In this document: piece after piece, positions 25,738 through 41,239 of the stretch
Layout of the letters: each line of letters opens with the position of its first letter
Numbering within the stretch: the first letter of the stretch is position 1
Assembly: GCF_009914755.1 (NCBI RefSeq)
Contig: NC_060939.1
Length of the DNA: 64,000 nt
Reading direction: 5' to 3' (one strand)
Origin: the human T2T-CHM13v2.0 reference genome, Homo sapiens
Made by a program: the position numbers and the translations under genes
Notes under the pieces: model-generated
Database searches by the model: none
The model's input: the letters and a program-made list of their open reading frames with translations, nothing else
Told to the model about the DNA's origin: nothing

Positions 25738-26623
25738 CTGGCCAAAGAAAATAACATTATGTTGTCAGTAATCAGAAAAAAATGCAGGAATACATATTAG
25801 AGAAACTTAAAGAGTGTCACTGTTTTAGGCATAAATAGTACCTCCATTGTATTATTCTAATAATGTGCATGCTAAGTCAACATTTATATTTACTTACATT
25901 TGTATAGCAATTTATAGTTTCCCAAAGTATTTTTGCATTTATTATCTCATTTGAGCCCTCCCTAACTCTGGAAAGTAGGATGGCCCACATTGCCAGATTT
26001 TACAAGAAAGCAAAATTCACAAAAATTCATTCTTTCTACAACAGGATCCATTTACCCCAGGCCATGCCTCTTTATAGAACAGACAGACATACACAGTAAT
26101 CTCATACTTAGTTATCACCAGCTTTCTTGGATCTAGCCATTATTCATCTACCATATTTTTCCTGATTTTGTTAGGCTATAAGCTCATGATTAATTCAGTT
26201 CTACTTATACTTCTCAATTAAAATTAAACTAATAAGTAATCACACTAAAGTGTAATTCTCTTCCAGACCCTCTCAGTTAATTGCTCCCAAAAATTATACA
26301 ATGAAGTCATTATTACCTAGCTCATATTCACGACTGTTTTAATTGATACATGATTTCCTCAAGCCCAATATAAAAGTATCAAAAATAAAAATTTTGAGGA
26401 CATAAGTAAGCAGCAGTTTGTAAATGTTTTGAAGATAAATCTGAATCATTCATAAGGCTGAGTGAAATTTTATTCTATTTAGCTGTCCTATGAGTTAATT
26501 TGTTGTCCCTTGGAACTAAGAAAAGGTGAGGTGTTATCTTTTCAGCTATGGTGACCAGTCAAAACTGTCCTTGGTTGGACAGTGAATTAGATGGGCACTC
26601 TACTCTGTCCCCAGGAGACCTAC

Positions 26624-26835
26624 CATCGGGCCTGGTAGCCCCGCACGTATCTCTGCATGGTGATGGCTGCCTTCCGCATGCGTAGGTACTTCTTTCTCAG
26701 CAGCCACCCTCGGATGGTCTTCTGGATCCGGATGCAGGCAGCTCTCAGTTTGTCAGCTCTCAATTTTTCTAGATAGGCCACTTGACCGGCACGGAAAAAG
26801 ATCTTTGTCTTACCAAACTGGTATTTGTCCTTGTC
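26624..26835 (-). CDS. MYO5A: Myosin-Va exon 19 (212 nt), converter end, IQ1-IQ2
   Basis: atag|GAC...ATG|gtagg; [70 protein letters not shown]. Confidence 0.98.
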
Positions 26836-27413
26836 CTATTTTTGGAAGAAATTGTATATTCAGAAATAATAATCATATAAGTGAAATTTAAAAGAAAAAA
26901 TGTCTAAAAGCAGAATCAGTAAAGGAATGACTCTATTAGCTAAAACTTGGGCTACATCACAATTAACTAATGGAGCCAGATTTTTAATCCTATGCAAGTT
27001 GAGCAAATAGAAGGGATTTTAAGAAAAACTGCAGTTTAAGAGTTATTTTCCAGAATTATTCTACCTGGAATTATTATCTGAGGCCCAAAACTTGGTTGTG
27101 GGTTATAGGCAGTTATTATTTGCTTGTTTGTGTTTTAAACATCTCAAGGAAATGGAGATGCTGACTCTCTCTGACTGACCCAGGTTGTAAGGATTACAGC
27201 GGGCTGTATATTCCATGAGAAGCTGAAGGGACAAAAACACCAGTGTGAAGAATAAGGCAGGAAGAAACGTTTATGAAATAAAATTCAAAAACCAAAAACC
27301 AAAATCCTTGGGTATTCATATTATGTTTCTAAACAGTTAGCTCTTGGCTTTATCAATAATATCTGAAAACAAACTAACAAAACCCCATAAATATGTTTAA
27401 AATCCTACAAATT

Positions 27414-27743
<330 letters not shown>

Positions 27744-27846
27744 TTACATTGTGATTCACCTTATCTAGAAGTATGCAAATCATTAATCATTCTTGCATCA
27801 AAGAATGGAATTTATATGTAAGAATCATTACTGTGACCTGGAATTC

Positions 27847-28143
27847 TTTTTTTTTTTTTTTTGAGATGAGTCTCGCTCTGTCTCCCAAGCTGGAGTACAG
27901 TGCTGTAATCTCGGCTCACTGCAGCCTCCGCCTTCTGGGTTCAAGCGACACTCCTGCCTCAGCCCCCTGAGTAGCTGGGATTACAGGTAAACACCACCAC
28001 GTCCAGCTAATTTTTGTATTTTTAGTGGAGACAGGGTTTCACCATATTGGCCAGGGTGGCCTCAAACGCTGGGCCTCAAGCAGTCCGCCCGCCACGGCCT
28101 CCAAAAGTGCTGGGATTAAGGGCGTGAGCCACCATGCTTGGCC
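27847..28143 (-). mobile_element. AluS
   Basis: poly-T then reverse dimer. Confidence 0.92.
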
Positions 28144-28513
28144 ATGTGATCTGAAAGTCTAAGGGAAAACAGAGAAAATCATTTTTCCCTATGAGTACAT
28201 ATCTCATATTATCTCATATATGAAACCAAAAAATCTGACACATCCACATATATCTAAAAAATCTACAATTATTTCAATTTAAATCAATAAAGTTTACATT
28301 GGAAACCTAGCTAGAAAAGTGGTCCTTACCCCCATCCCGCTTCACACCTCACACCAACCCTGCCTCCATCTTTCAGCCTCCTCTGCCTAACTAAATTCCC
28401 ACAAAGCCCTGATCCAGGCCTGAAATGGCCTGGGTGAGAGGACCAGGAATAGGCCTGTTCCTACTTTCTGCTCTACATTCCCACCTGAACACAGGTTAGA
28501 AGGGGATTGGGCA

Positions 28514-28829
<316 letters not shown>

Positions 28830-29056
28830 TCAAAAAGCCCCAGTTAAAAAAAAAAAAAAAGCATTACTGAGGAAGTGGCCTTAGCTCTTTCAAGGAAAAA
28901 ATATTATTAACAAAAAAAAAGCATCACATTTAGTTCACAGCTAGTAATTATGATCAATTAGCTCAAAGTGAGGTACTCCATCTAGGATAGTGTTAACCAA
29001 GTGAAAATATTATTTTAAAAACTTTTCATGAATCTTTAATTCTCTAAGACCAAGAT

Positions 29057-29220
29057 CAGTAGTTCTCAAAATATAGTCCTCAGACAGCATCGGCATCACC
29101 CGGGAAATACAAATTCTTGGGCCCAACCTCAGACCTACTGAATCAGAAATTCTGATGGCGGGGCCCAGCAATCTGTATTTTAACAAGCATTCCAGGTCAC
29201 AGTAAAGTTGGAGAACTCTT
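29057..29220. mobile_element. MER5A hAT-Charlie MITE
   Basis: cagtagttctcaaa...cagacctactgaatcagaa...ggggcccagcaatctgtattttaacaagc...tggagaact. Confidence 0.85.
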
Positions 29221-29903
29221 TAGCCTGGTCTGCAAGACTCTCTGTAACACCAACCTACATTTCCTAACCATTTCTCTACTGTCCCATACACAAATCTCAC
29301 ACTGCAAAAAACTGTTTTCTGAGCAAACCCTATGCTTACCCTGCTCTTACTCCCTCTTATAATAGTCTCCTTCCATTTTTGCATAACCTTACCCATTCTC
29401 AGGGCCTGACTCAAAACACACCTCTTTGATGAAATCTCTCCTTCCCATAGCTGGACGTCGCTTTGTCATCCCCTGATTTCTTGTTCCATTCATTCAGCAT
29501 TTGATATAGACACTACAGTTAAATATTATACTCGTCTTTAAAAAGTATTACTTTCCAAGTAAGACTATATTACCTGAGAACAAGCTTTATTTTTTCTTAA
29601 TCACACAGCATTTGGCCTGGTGTCTTCTAGATGTAAGTACTAGGTACACTTTTATCAATAATAATCAAGCTGTCTAAGAAGAATGTGTTTCAAATGTGGG
29701 TCCAGGCCTCACAGCTCTGCCTCCTGACGGTGGACTATCATCCTCGCTAGTTCCAGCATCCTAAACACAGTAGTGTGCCCCTCTCTGATCCCACCCCGAA
29801 ATGATCTGGACTAGTAAAATGTTATACAAAAGTTCCCGGGGCTTTCCAAGGTCAGAACCACAAGGCCTTCTGCTCAGATGACGGTAAGCGAAATCATTCT
29901 CAC

Positions 29904-30012
29904 CAGTATCAGTTTCTCTAACACATTCTTGCATGTTTGCTTTCTGTCACTCAGCACATCTTTCTGCTTCATTAGGACACGGTAGCGGCTGAAAAATTCT
30001 TGGTAAGTCCAC
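29904..30012 (-). CDS. MYO5A: Myosin-Va exon 18 (109 nt), converter
   Basis: atag|GTG...CTG|gtgag; [36 protein letters not shown]; preceded by an 88-nt intron. Confidence 0.98.
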
Positions 30013-30099
30013 CTATTAAAAGAAAACCATCTGAGTTTACTTAAAGAACTAGGATCTTCTCCCATTAGGATCCCTTACATCTGAAAAATGCCAGGCTCA

Positions 30100-30243
<144 letters not shown>

Positions 30244-30314
30244 TTACTCTCCTCAGTCAGGGTGTAAATTCTTTCGTAAGAGCAAAATGGATAAATCAGA
30301 AAAGAAAGCTTTCA

Positions 30315-31122
<808 letters not shown>

Positions 31123-31759
31123 TCAGAAGTCATTAGCTCAGTATACAGAGCTCCCCTGGAATAAAGACTGGTCAACCCTGGAGATTTCTCTAACAGGAAG
31201 CACAAATTAAATATGCCCCATACGGTTATATTTTTTTAAAAATTACTACTGTTCTAAACATAGTGTCTACATCAATGAACAAGATTTTTGTTTTGTATTA
31301 CATTTTGTATTTATTTTACTCTAGGCAAATGGCATCTTCAAGTTAAACTGGCACTGAAGAGGAAGTAGAAAGGTTTCCCTTCGGCCAAATGATTGCTCCT
31401 GTGACTCCCATAGTTAAGTTCTGAGCGATCCATCCGGGCCTCCCCTGTGCTATCTTCTCAGGTGTTCTGTTGGTGGTGGAAGAGCGGGTTGGTTGATAAA
31501 AGGTCATGGTCCTGAGGGCTGACCAGGACAGAGGCCAAAGTGTAGCAGCTTCTTCCTGCTTCCCACTTCTTCCAGAAAGGACTTCTTGGTGATGAAGCAG
31601 AGAGAAAGACAGCAGTCCTTCAGAACTGTGCTCCAGTCTAAGGCAGAATCTCCAGACAGCAGGACTGGCACGGGGGTAGGGAAAAGGGCACTCATACACT
31701 GTGGAGGGGGTGAGGGGTGGGAGCTATTACAACCTTTGTTAAGTGTGCCTGGTCTTTGA

Positions 31760-32010
31760 CCTATAAATTCCACTTCTAGAGTCACATTATCCCAATGAGA
31801 TAATCAGACAAATATACAAAAATGTTTGGCACAGGATGTTTATTATAGCATTGTTGGAACAACTTAAATGGCCATCAGTAGGAACTAATTTAAATAAATA
31901 TACTATGTCTACACAATGGGATACTCTGTAGCCATTATATGATTATGTGACTTTTTACTTACCAAAAGGGAAAGTGTTCACAATCTGTCAAGTTAAAAGT
32001 AAAGACTAAA
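31760..32010 (+). mobile_element. Old L1M 3' fragment
   Basis: aattccacttctag, caggatgtttattatagcattgtt, aacttaaatggccatcagtagga. Confidence 0.65.
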
Positions 32011-32043
32011 CAGCAATCATAGCACAAGGCCCCTCCTTTTGTG

Positions 32044-32087
<44 letters not shown>

Positions 32088-32088
32088 A
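32044..32088. repeat. (TC)n(AC)n compound microsatellite
   Basis: seen directly. Confidence 0.95.
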
Positions 32089-32189
32089 CGGAGCATGGAG
32101 GGAAGGGAAGGTGGTTAATCAAGAACAATGTATGACAGTTAATACCAGTTATCTCTCTGGGTATGATGGATGCTTTTTCTTTTCCTTTT

Positions 32190-32481
<292 letters not shown>

Positions 32482-32575
32482 GACGGATGCTTTTTCATTT
32501 ATTTTTATACTATTCTGTATTTCCTGAAAACTGTCTTTACAATGTACATGTATTACTTTTAAAATTAGAAAAATA

Positions 32576-32871
<296 letters not shown>

Positions 32872-33369
32872 TAAAATTAGAAAAATATTTCTGTTTTGTA
32901 AAAAAAACTCCAGAAAAATTGATTCTCCCTTCATGCATGGTATCTGAAGCAGGAGGAGGTGCTGGTGAAAACAGACGCCCTCTGATGATTTCAGCAGTGG
33001 AGAAGCAGCAGGTAAGCATTCGCCAAACAGCCTTATCCCAGCCAGTGCTGGTTCCACCTAATGCCCAAATGAACAAAAATCCCAGAGAGATCAATTGAAG
33101 TAAATTCAAAACAGAAAACAGAACCAGAATGCTTGGTTGACCTCAAGTTTTCAAATCTTCAGATGGCTGCTAATTTACTCTCACATTCTCAAAAGGGACA
33201 AAAACTGAAAAAATAATCTACTGACTAGTGGTTTCCCTCTACAAGGCATGAAGACTTACCCAAATATTTTTTTCCTTATAAAAATGTAAGGAAAATATTA
33301 GTTTGCTTGGCTGGTTTGGCACTTCTTATAAGATATGTACTTTCTCACTGGGTGGTTCAGAAATACTTA

Positions 33370-33495
<126 letters not shown>

Positions 33496-34440
33496 TCAAG
33501 GCTTTGTCCAAAGTCAAAGGTGAGGTAAAACAATGGGAAATTCCCTTCCTATGACACTAATGGAGAAAACTTTGCCACTTATAAACTTGACCCATCTTCA
33601 GAAGAGGAGCTGCCACAAAACAAGAATGCTAGGGCTTTTGGTTAAAATTTGCCTAAATTCTACCATTTTCATGCTTACTCTGCTAAATATAGATTCCTAT
33701 ACTCCCACTCCTTTTCCCCACAGGAAGCTACAGAAACCTGTTATGAGCTTAGTCATATGTAACTAACAATATAACCTTGCTTTAAGGCTATTTAATCACA
33801 TAAAGTGGGAATTTTGATGGAAGATACTGGAAAACGTAGCAGATGACTTAGAAGAGTATAGGTAATGAATGAGAGAATGACAAAGGATAGGCAGAGAGGA
33901 GTTAAAATTAGGGACCTAGGATCAGGACTGGAGGCTGTGGACCTGGGTCAGGCCCTGTTTCTGTCTACACCAGGCACAGGGTCCCATGCACAGGACAGCA
34001 AGCTGAGGAGCGCTCAGCCTCCATTCAAAGCCCTACTCCCTGTTCAGGCACTAAGCATGTATGTAACATTTCCCACTCTCAGAGAACATAAGACATCAAA
34101 GAAAGGCGAGGGCCCTGTTCTGAAGGAGCTGACCGAGGCACTGTACAAATATAGAGACAAAACAAACAGAAAACTAAGCAAAGATGGGGTGGTCTGAGAG
34201 ACGATATGCACGAGAGAATTAAGCTGTAGAGAAAATTATTTCGGGAAAGGCTTATGCAGAGTCACAGGTCTAAAACTGGGTGGAGAAGAATTTTAGTGGA
34301 TGGTGTCGTATGATCTCACAGTGAAAGCTCTAGGCTCTCCTCACCTGAGGATCCCACCTGGGAGGCTGAAGAGGGAAGATCTGAGGTTTCAGATGAGCCA
34401 GAAAGGAAGGAGCGTGGCAGCGGCAGCTCCCTGAACTCAC

Positions 34441-34602
34441 CTGATGCCCCACTGTTTTCTTGTGCTCTTTGGCCATTTGGCCTGGTCTGCCTTTGGTGGG
34501 CTTTGCAGGAGTTCGTGTGAGGGGTGTGCGCCCTGAGGAGGTGGCTGAAGTTGGACTGATGGCCTTCTCATCATCTTGAAATAGTTCTGGTAGCATCTTA
34601 AA
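34441..34602 (-). CDS. MYO5A: Myosin-Va exon 15 (162 nt), actin-binding loop 2
   Basis: ttag|TTT...CAG|gtgag; [54 protein letters not shown]. Confidence 0.96.
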
Positions 34603-36300
34603 CTAAGTCAGAAACAATATAAAGAAATTACATTCTAAACCAAACTTGAACGCAAACCTTCACAAAAGAAATATTACAGAGATTCCCTTCCTTAAGTAAT
34701 CACTGTCAGAGTCACACTCCAGAAAGAGTCAGTATCTGTGCTAAGAGCCAAGAATATGAGAGGAAGGTGAGGTAAGTGCTATACAAAAATAACATGGAAA
34801 AATGCAATAATTCTACAACCATGTCTGGGGGAAAGCAAAGTCAAAACTACTGCACCCGGACTTGAAAACCTAATCCACAGGAAGTGACAAATCTAAACAT
34901 ATTAATGGGCTTGAACTATAATTATTTTACGAGAAAAACAGTAATTGAAAGTCTTATTACCTCAGTTCCACAAACTGTTTTAGCATCAGGTGGAGAAAAA
35001 CACTAGTCCAAGTTTGCAAGTTATTTATCAAGTGTCTACTCACCTGCTTTATTTGTCTACCTACTAACTTAAGTGCTGAGCACTAACTGAAAAACATCAC
35101 CGAAAATCTCAGCAGGAAAGGGTCATAAACAAATTCTACAATATTAGAAGGTTTTAAAAGTTATGAATAATAATTTTTGGAAGATAATTCGGGTTACAGA
35201 AAAAAAAGTTTAAAACCCTACCCATATCCTGTACATTTGATATTTGTTTTCAAGGGATTTATAACTTCAACAAATAATTCCTGTAATCAATTTTGTGTTC
35301 TATCAGGTTAGCAATGTGAAAGATTATTAAAAGATCTGGTACTCAATAAGTAGGTAGATGATATTAGTCAATATGGTTGGGAGAAATTTTATGGAAAAAA
35401 AGAGACTTCAAATGAATCCAAAGGAACATCTTGATGTATGTACATATCTTTACAACAGTGCCACATCCCATATAAATAAAACCAGTTCTTCTAATTAGTC
35501 AAGCTATATTTGCAACTATAATTATATATCTATTAACCTTAATACAACCTATTTAATCTTCATAACAATTCCATAAATTAGATGCTATCATGATTCTATT
35601 TTATAGATGAGAGATCTGAGGCATAAACTCAGTAGATGAACTGTGCTTCCCCTTATTAATCAGCTATACAGAAAGTAGAGGGTTAAAACTCATTTTAATG
35701 GTATTTGGTAGAACTGAAATTTAGTGGTATTTAGTCAAGTTGCAATTTATTTATATGCTTCCTGATATTAGATGTGGCCACAGAAGATTTCTTTATGGTG
35801 GAAAAATATCAAATAAAGCACCTTCTGATAAGTTTATAATTCCATATATATATATTTTTTTTTAAACTCCTTTTCAAATTGTAAGCTAGAGGCTGCAGGA
35901 AAAAAAAGACAAAACACATAAATACACAAACATACTCCACACTGTATTACTACAAAAATAATTCTACTCAAAACACATAACACAGATATTAATCTTCTAA
36001 AATTAGTACTTCCAAGAGAACACATTTACACTATGTGATACTGGCTTCTATCAGATGCAGTGAAATTATGAAGTTGATACTCCTAGATTGGGTTTCAGCA
36101 AAGACCAGCAGCAGAGGAAGCCTCCAAGCTATGTTAGGTAAATCACACACTGTCCCCACTTCAATGGAAACAATGTTACACAGACTGGCAGTCACTGCAA
36201 ATGATTTGTCAGAATGCATACCCACCTTATGATGACTAAGGACTCAAAAGCCAATTAGAAAACTAAATCAGAATAAAGATAACTGATCAAAGATGCCTCA

Positions 36301-36620
<320 letters not shown>

Positions 36621-36835
36621 GCAAGAATCAGATGAAAACCTGTGAATGTTCTGTTTCAGCTAAATTACTTTGACAAAGTAATAAAACTAGAATTTTATCA
36701 TTACTTATAAATCAAACCAATAAAGATCTTTAACTGAATAATACTTAGAGATTGGCATTGTGGGAATTTTCTCTTACATATCAATCCTGTAAACTATAAA
36801 CAGTTAATGCCCAGTGCCTGTTAGACACTTTAACT

Positions 36836-37130
36836 CTTTTTTTTTTTTTGGAGACAGAGTCTCGCTGTCTCCGAGGCTGGAGTACAGTGGCACAATTACG
36901 GCTCACTGCAGCCTCAACCTCCCAGGCTCAAGTGATCCTCCCACTCAGCTTCCCAAGTACCTGAAACTATAGCCATGCACCACCATGCCCAGCAAATTTC
37001 TGTATTTTTTTGTAGACATGGGGTTTTGCCATGTTGCTCAGGCTGATCTTAAACTCCTGGGCTCAAGCAGTCTGCCTGCCTCGGCCTCCCAAAGTGCTGG
37101 GATTACAGGCATGAGCTACAACACCTGGTC
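36836..37130 (-). mobile_element. AluJ
   Basis: reverse dimer, ggctcaagtgatcctccc, ctcctgggctcaagc. Confidence 0.9.
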
Positions 37131-37799
37131 TCGACTTATTTTCTGAAGGTTAAAACTGGGATTTGGTCTTCATGTAATCTTTATATTATCAAAATAATTG
37201 ATAGTAAAGGTTTTTATTCTAAAAACAACAGTCAAAATATTCATATACTATTCCACTGAAGTTAAAAAGATTCTCTGAGAATAAAATAGAAAAACAAAGA
37301 CTGCCAGTCAGTAATCTAGAAGAATTCACATGAAAATTTTTAATTTTTAGCTGAATACCTGAATATTCATTTTGCTGACCTAAGAAACTGGCTTCCTGCT
37401 CTGCTCTCTGTGGGATGAACATGAGCCATGTTCCCCTCCCCATTCTTTCCAGATGGAAGGTCAAGGGATGGAGGGGATCAACCTAATCATCAATACAATG
37501 TAGCCATCGTAGCTCTTACCATCTGGAATATTCTTTTCCCTCTAGAAAGCAGTGTCTCTAGTACCTATGCCTAAGAAAAATAATTTCAAAGTGCTTTGGG
37601 CCACACCTGGAACTGCACTCAGTGATGATCCAGAGATCAGTCTCCATCTGGATGGAGTGCGTAAGGCCACGTTTCTAGTACCTCCCTTCAAACTGACAGG
37701 GCAGAAAGACTGTTTTCTCTCATGGCCTCTCACCAAGGCACAACAGAGTCTAGAACCACTGTGGAGGCAATAATTTCACACAAAACTGAAAGAAACATT

Positions 37800-38000
37800 G
37801 CACAGGAGTTAAAAGCACAGACACAGCAAGACAGCCTGGATTTTAATTTGGCTTGAAAACTCGGTAGCCATGAAGTCTCTGTGTCTCAGGTGCCTCATCC
37901 ATAAAATAAGAGTCATTAGATGAGTTAGCATTTTCAATACATTTAGAACAGGACCTGACATGCAGCTAAATTACTTTGACTAACATACTAAGTGTTATAT
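37800..38000 (+). mobile_element. MIR
   Basis: ctctgtgtctcaggtgcctcatccataaaat...catttagaacaggacctgac. Confidence 0.7.
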
Positions 38001-38111
38001 ATTTGGTAAATTAAAAACTGAAACAGATTTTTGTTAAAAAAATCATTTTTATTGTTAAAAAGCTAATGCTTTGCATACATCCTGGATTAGAGTAAGCCTA
38101 TCCATAGTTAC

Positions 38112-38195
38112 CTTGCTTGATTTAAGAACTTTAATTTGTTCTTCAAAAACGGTGTCTTTATTCTTTTCGAGAAATCCTTCACACTGGTATTCCAC
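38112..38195 (-). CDS. MYO5A: Myosin-Va exon 14 (84 nt)
   Basis: tcag|GTG...AAG|gtaac; [28 protein letters not shown]. Confidence 0.97.
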
Positions 38196-39017
38196 CTGAA
38201 AACACATGGAAAAATCTCCTTAACTGATAAAACTTTTGAATAGATATTATAATCATCAATAATAAGAATCTTTATTAGTCTCAGGCTATACGATCAACTC
38301 TCAGCAAACTGGTATTATCAGTCTTTTCCAAGAAACCAAGGCCATTCCTGGTAAGAAGTATGTTAACTTTAGAGTAAAACTCCTCAAATATCGTTTTTCC
38401 TAGGAAACAGTGGTAGCGCTGATTGTGATCTAAAAGATCCTCTCAGTTAGTGGGTGAGCAGATTAGATCCTCTTCTCCCATGCTGGCCAGAGAGCTCTTC
38501 CAAGGCTGACTCCTTGTATCTCCTTCCAACCTAGGTTACCATCAAGCAGTTGTGTTTCCTCTTAGAAGAGATTACAGCAGGAGTGAGAATCAGAAGGAAC
38601 AAATGAGTGTCTGATGGGGACAGAGGTGAAAAGCTGCTGATGGATGAAGGTGAAGGCTGGGGAAATATTGTATGATTTGGTAAAGCAGGACTACTTGAGA
38701 ATGGACTATTTCTTTTCCAAAACTCCAGCAACTTCAGTTGTCTGCCACTCAAGGGGGTCAAAGCTTGCATGACAAAACCTTTAGGTGGCCCTAGGGTCAT
38801 CTCAAGGCTTCTAGATGGAATTAGGGCAGACTTAGAAAGTCCTCAATCCCTAAAGGAGAACCTGTGAAACTTACCCCAAAGCCTACATCACAGTCTCCTT
38901 GAAATATAAATTACTCTCATTGCTTGTGATTTTCTAAGTACACTATAGAACTTGTGAAGCAGTAAGACAGTATGCCTTATTAGAAGGGACCCAGTGAATC
39001 AATTGCAGAGGGTGACA

Positions 39018-39325
39018 CAAGTCCACAATTGCTATTCTGAAACCCTTGAGATCAGCTATGCTTTAGGACTCAGAATTTTTGAGGCATTTAGAGATGTAGT
39101 ATGTACATACACCATTTTTTCATATTTCCAGCAGAATGGAAGGCAATGATCTACAACAAAACATATTCATATTTCTATAGTGAAATATGAATATTTCCAG
39201 CCTAACTGGGATAAAGACAGACTATAAATAATCTCATGTTAATTCAGATCAGAGATCAGGTTTAGCTAAACGAGTTATTAAAAAAAAAACAGTTTACAGA
39301 GATTCCTGGATTTCAGAATTATAGA
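39018..39325 (+). mobile_element. MER46C-like TcMar-Tigger MITE
   Basis: ctgaaacccttgag, tcagaattttt, atatgaatatt, ctgggataaa, gactataaata, tggatttcagaatt match the recalled consensus. Confidence 0.7.
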
Positions 39326-39520
39326 ACCATACTTATTTCACAAATAACTCAATTTAGGTTAAAGGAAGAGAAAACCAACATGTCAACACTGAAGACTGCT
39401 GTCCCTTGAGCCCTAAAGAATGCAAACATCAGCAAAAGAAAAAAAAAGATACCTCCTGACTATTGGGTTTTTTCCACATTTAAGTATTCAAAAAGAAAAA
39501 CTGATATAAAGCTTCCTTAC

Positions 39521-39646
39521 TTTGTCAGCAAAATGTTGGATGATGAAAGCTTTGTTTGATAGACGAGGCTTTTCAAAGAGTGCACATTTGTTCAAATGTG
39601 TGTTGTACAATTTTTGGGCCCAGGTGTCATCTGTGCCTTTAGGCAT
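39521..39646 (-). CDS. MYO5A: Myosin-Va exon 13 (126 nt)
   Basis: atag|ATG...AAA|gtaag; [42 protein letters not shown]. Confidence 0.97.
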
Positions 39647-39952
39647 CTATATTCATGGGAAAAAGGAAGAAAGAAAACAAGGTAAATACTGTGATTCCTC
39701 TAAAGCATCAGCTGTCAAAAGATCTTTTATTTTTTTTTTTTGGCTTTAACTAATAACTTTTACAATTCAATTTAGGAGTTCATTCCTTCCACATTTCATT
39801 GTTAGAGGCCAACAACCAATTACTAATGAATAGTATGACTGAGACCTTCTCATGGGCAACCCAGCCCAATCTTTGGGCAGTTCAATCTGCCTATATGAAA
39901 AATCATCAAATAAATTTGTTGTTGTTGTTGCTGTTTTTTAAAAAACAAAAGC

Positions 39953-40257
<305 letters not shown>

Positions 40258-40315
40258 GCCTCCCAAGTTAAAGTTGAAATATCAGGGCTATTATGTACGT
40301 TTTTAAAATTCTGTT

Positions 40316-40705
40316 AAACAGAAAGACAAACATCACATGTTCTCATTTATTTGTGGGATCTAAAAATTAAAGCAATTGAACCTATGAAGATAAAGAATAG
40401 AAAGATGGTTACCAGAGGCTAGGAAGGGTAGCAGGAGGTTGTGGGGAGTGCAAATGGGGGATGGTTAATAGGTACCAAAAAATTAGAATGAATAAGCCCT
40501 AGTATTTGATAATAATTTAATTATACATTTAAGAATAAGAGTATAATTGGATTGTTTGTAACACAAAAGATAAATGCTTGAGGGGATGGATACCCAATTT
40601 TCCATGATGTGATTATTATACATCGCATGCCTATACCAAAATCTTATGTATCCCCATAAATATATACACCAACTAGTACCCACAAAAATTAAAAATTAAA
40701 TTTAA
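40316..40705 (+). mobile_element. L1MA-type 3' UTR, 5'-truncated, with TSD aaaattctgt
   Basis: cagaaagacaaacatcacatgttctca...gataaatgcttgaggggatggataccc...tacccacaaaaattaaaaatt. Confidence 0.88.
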
Positions 40706-40831
40706 AAAATTCTGTCAAATAAAGGTAACATCTGTAGTTACATAGTGAAGCATTTCTATAATTCAGAAAGATATAAAATGGAGAGTAGTCTCCTCTTGCC
40801 ATTTCCTCCAACTTAATTATTTCTCCCTCTC

Positions 40832-41142
<311 letters not shown>

Positions 41143-41239
41143 TTCTTTAACTCTCTTTGAAGGCATGTATGTGAATAGGATAATTCTACACACTCATTGC
41201 ATTTTTTTCAGCTTTGCAACAGTAGTATTCTCTGCATTA

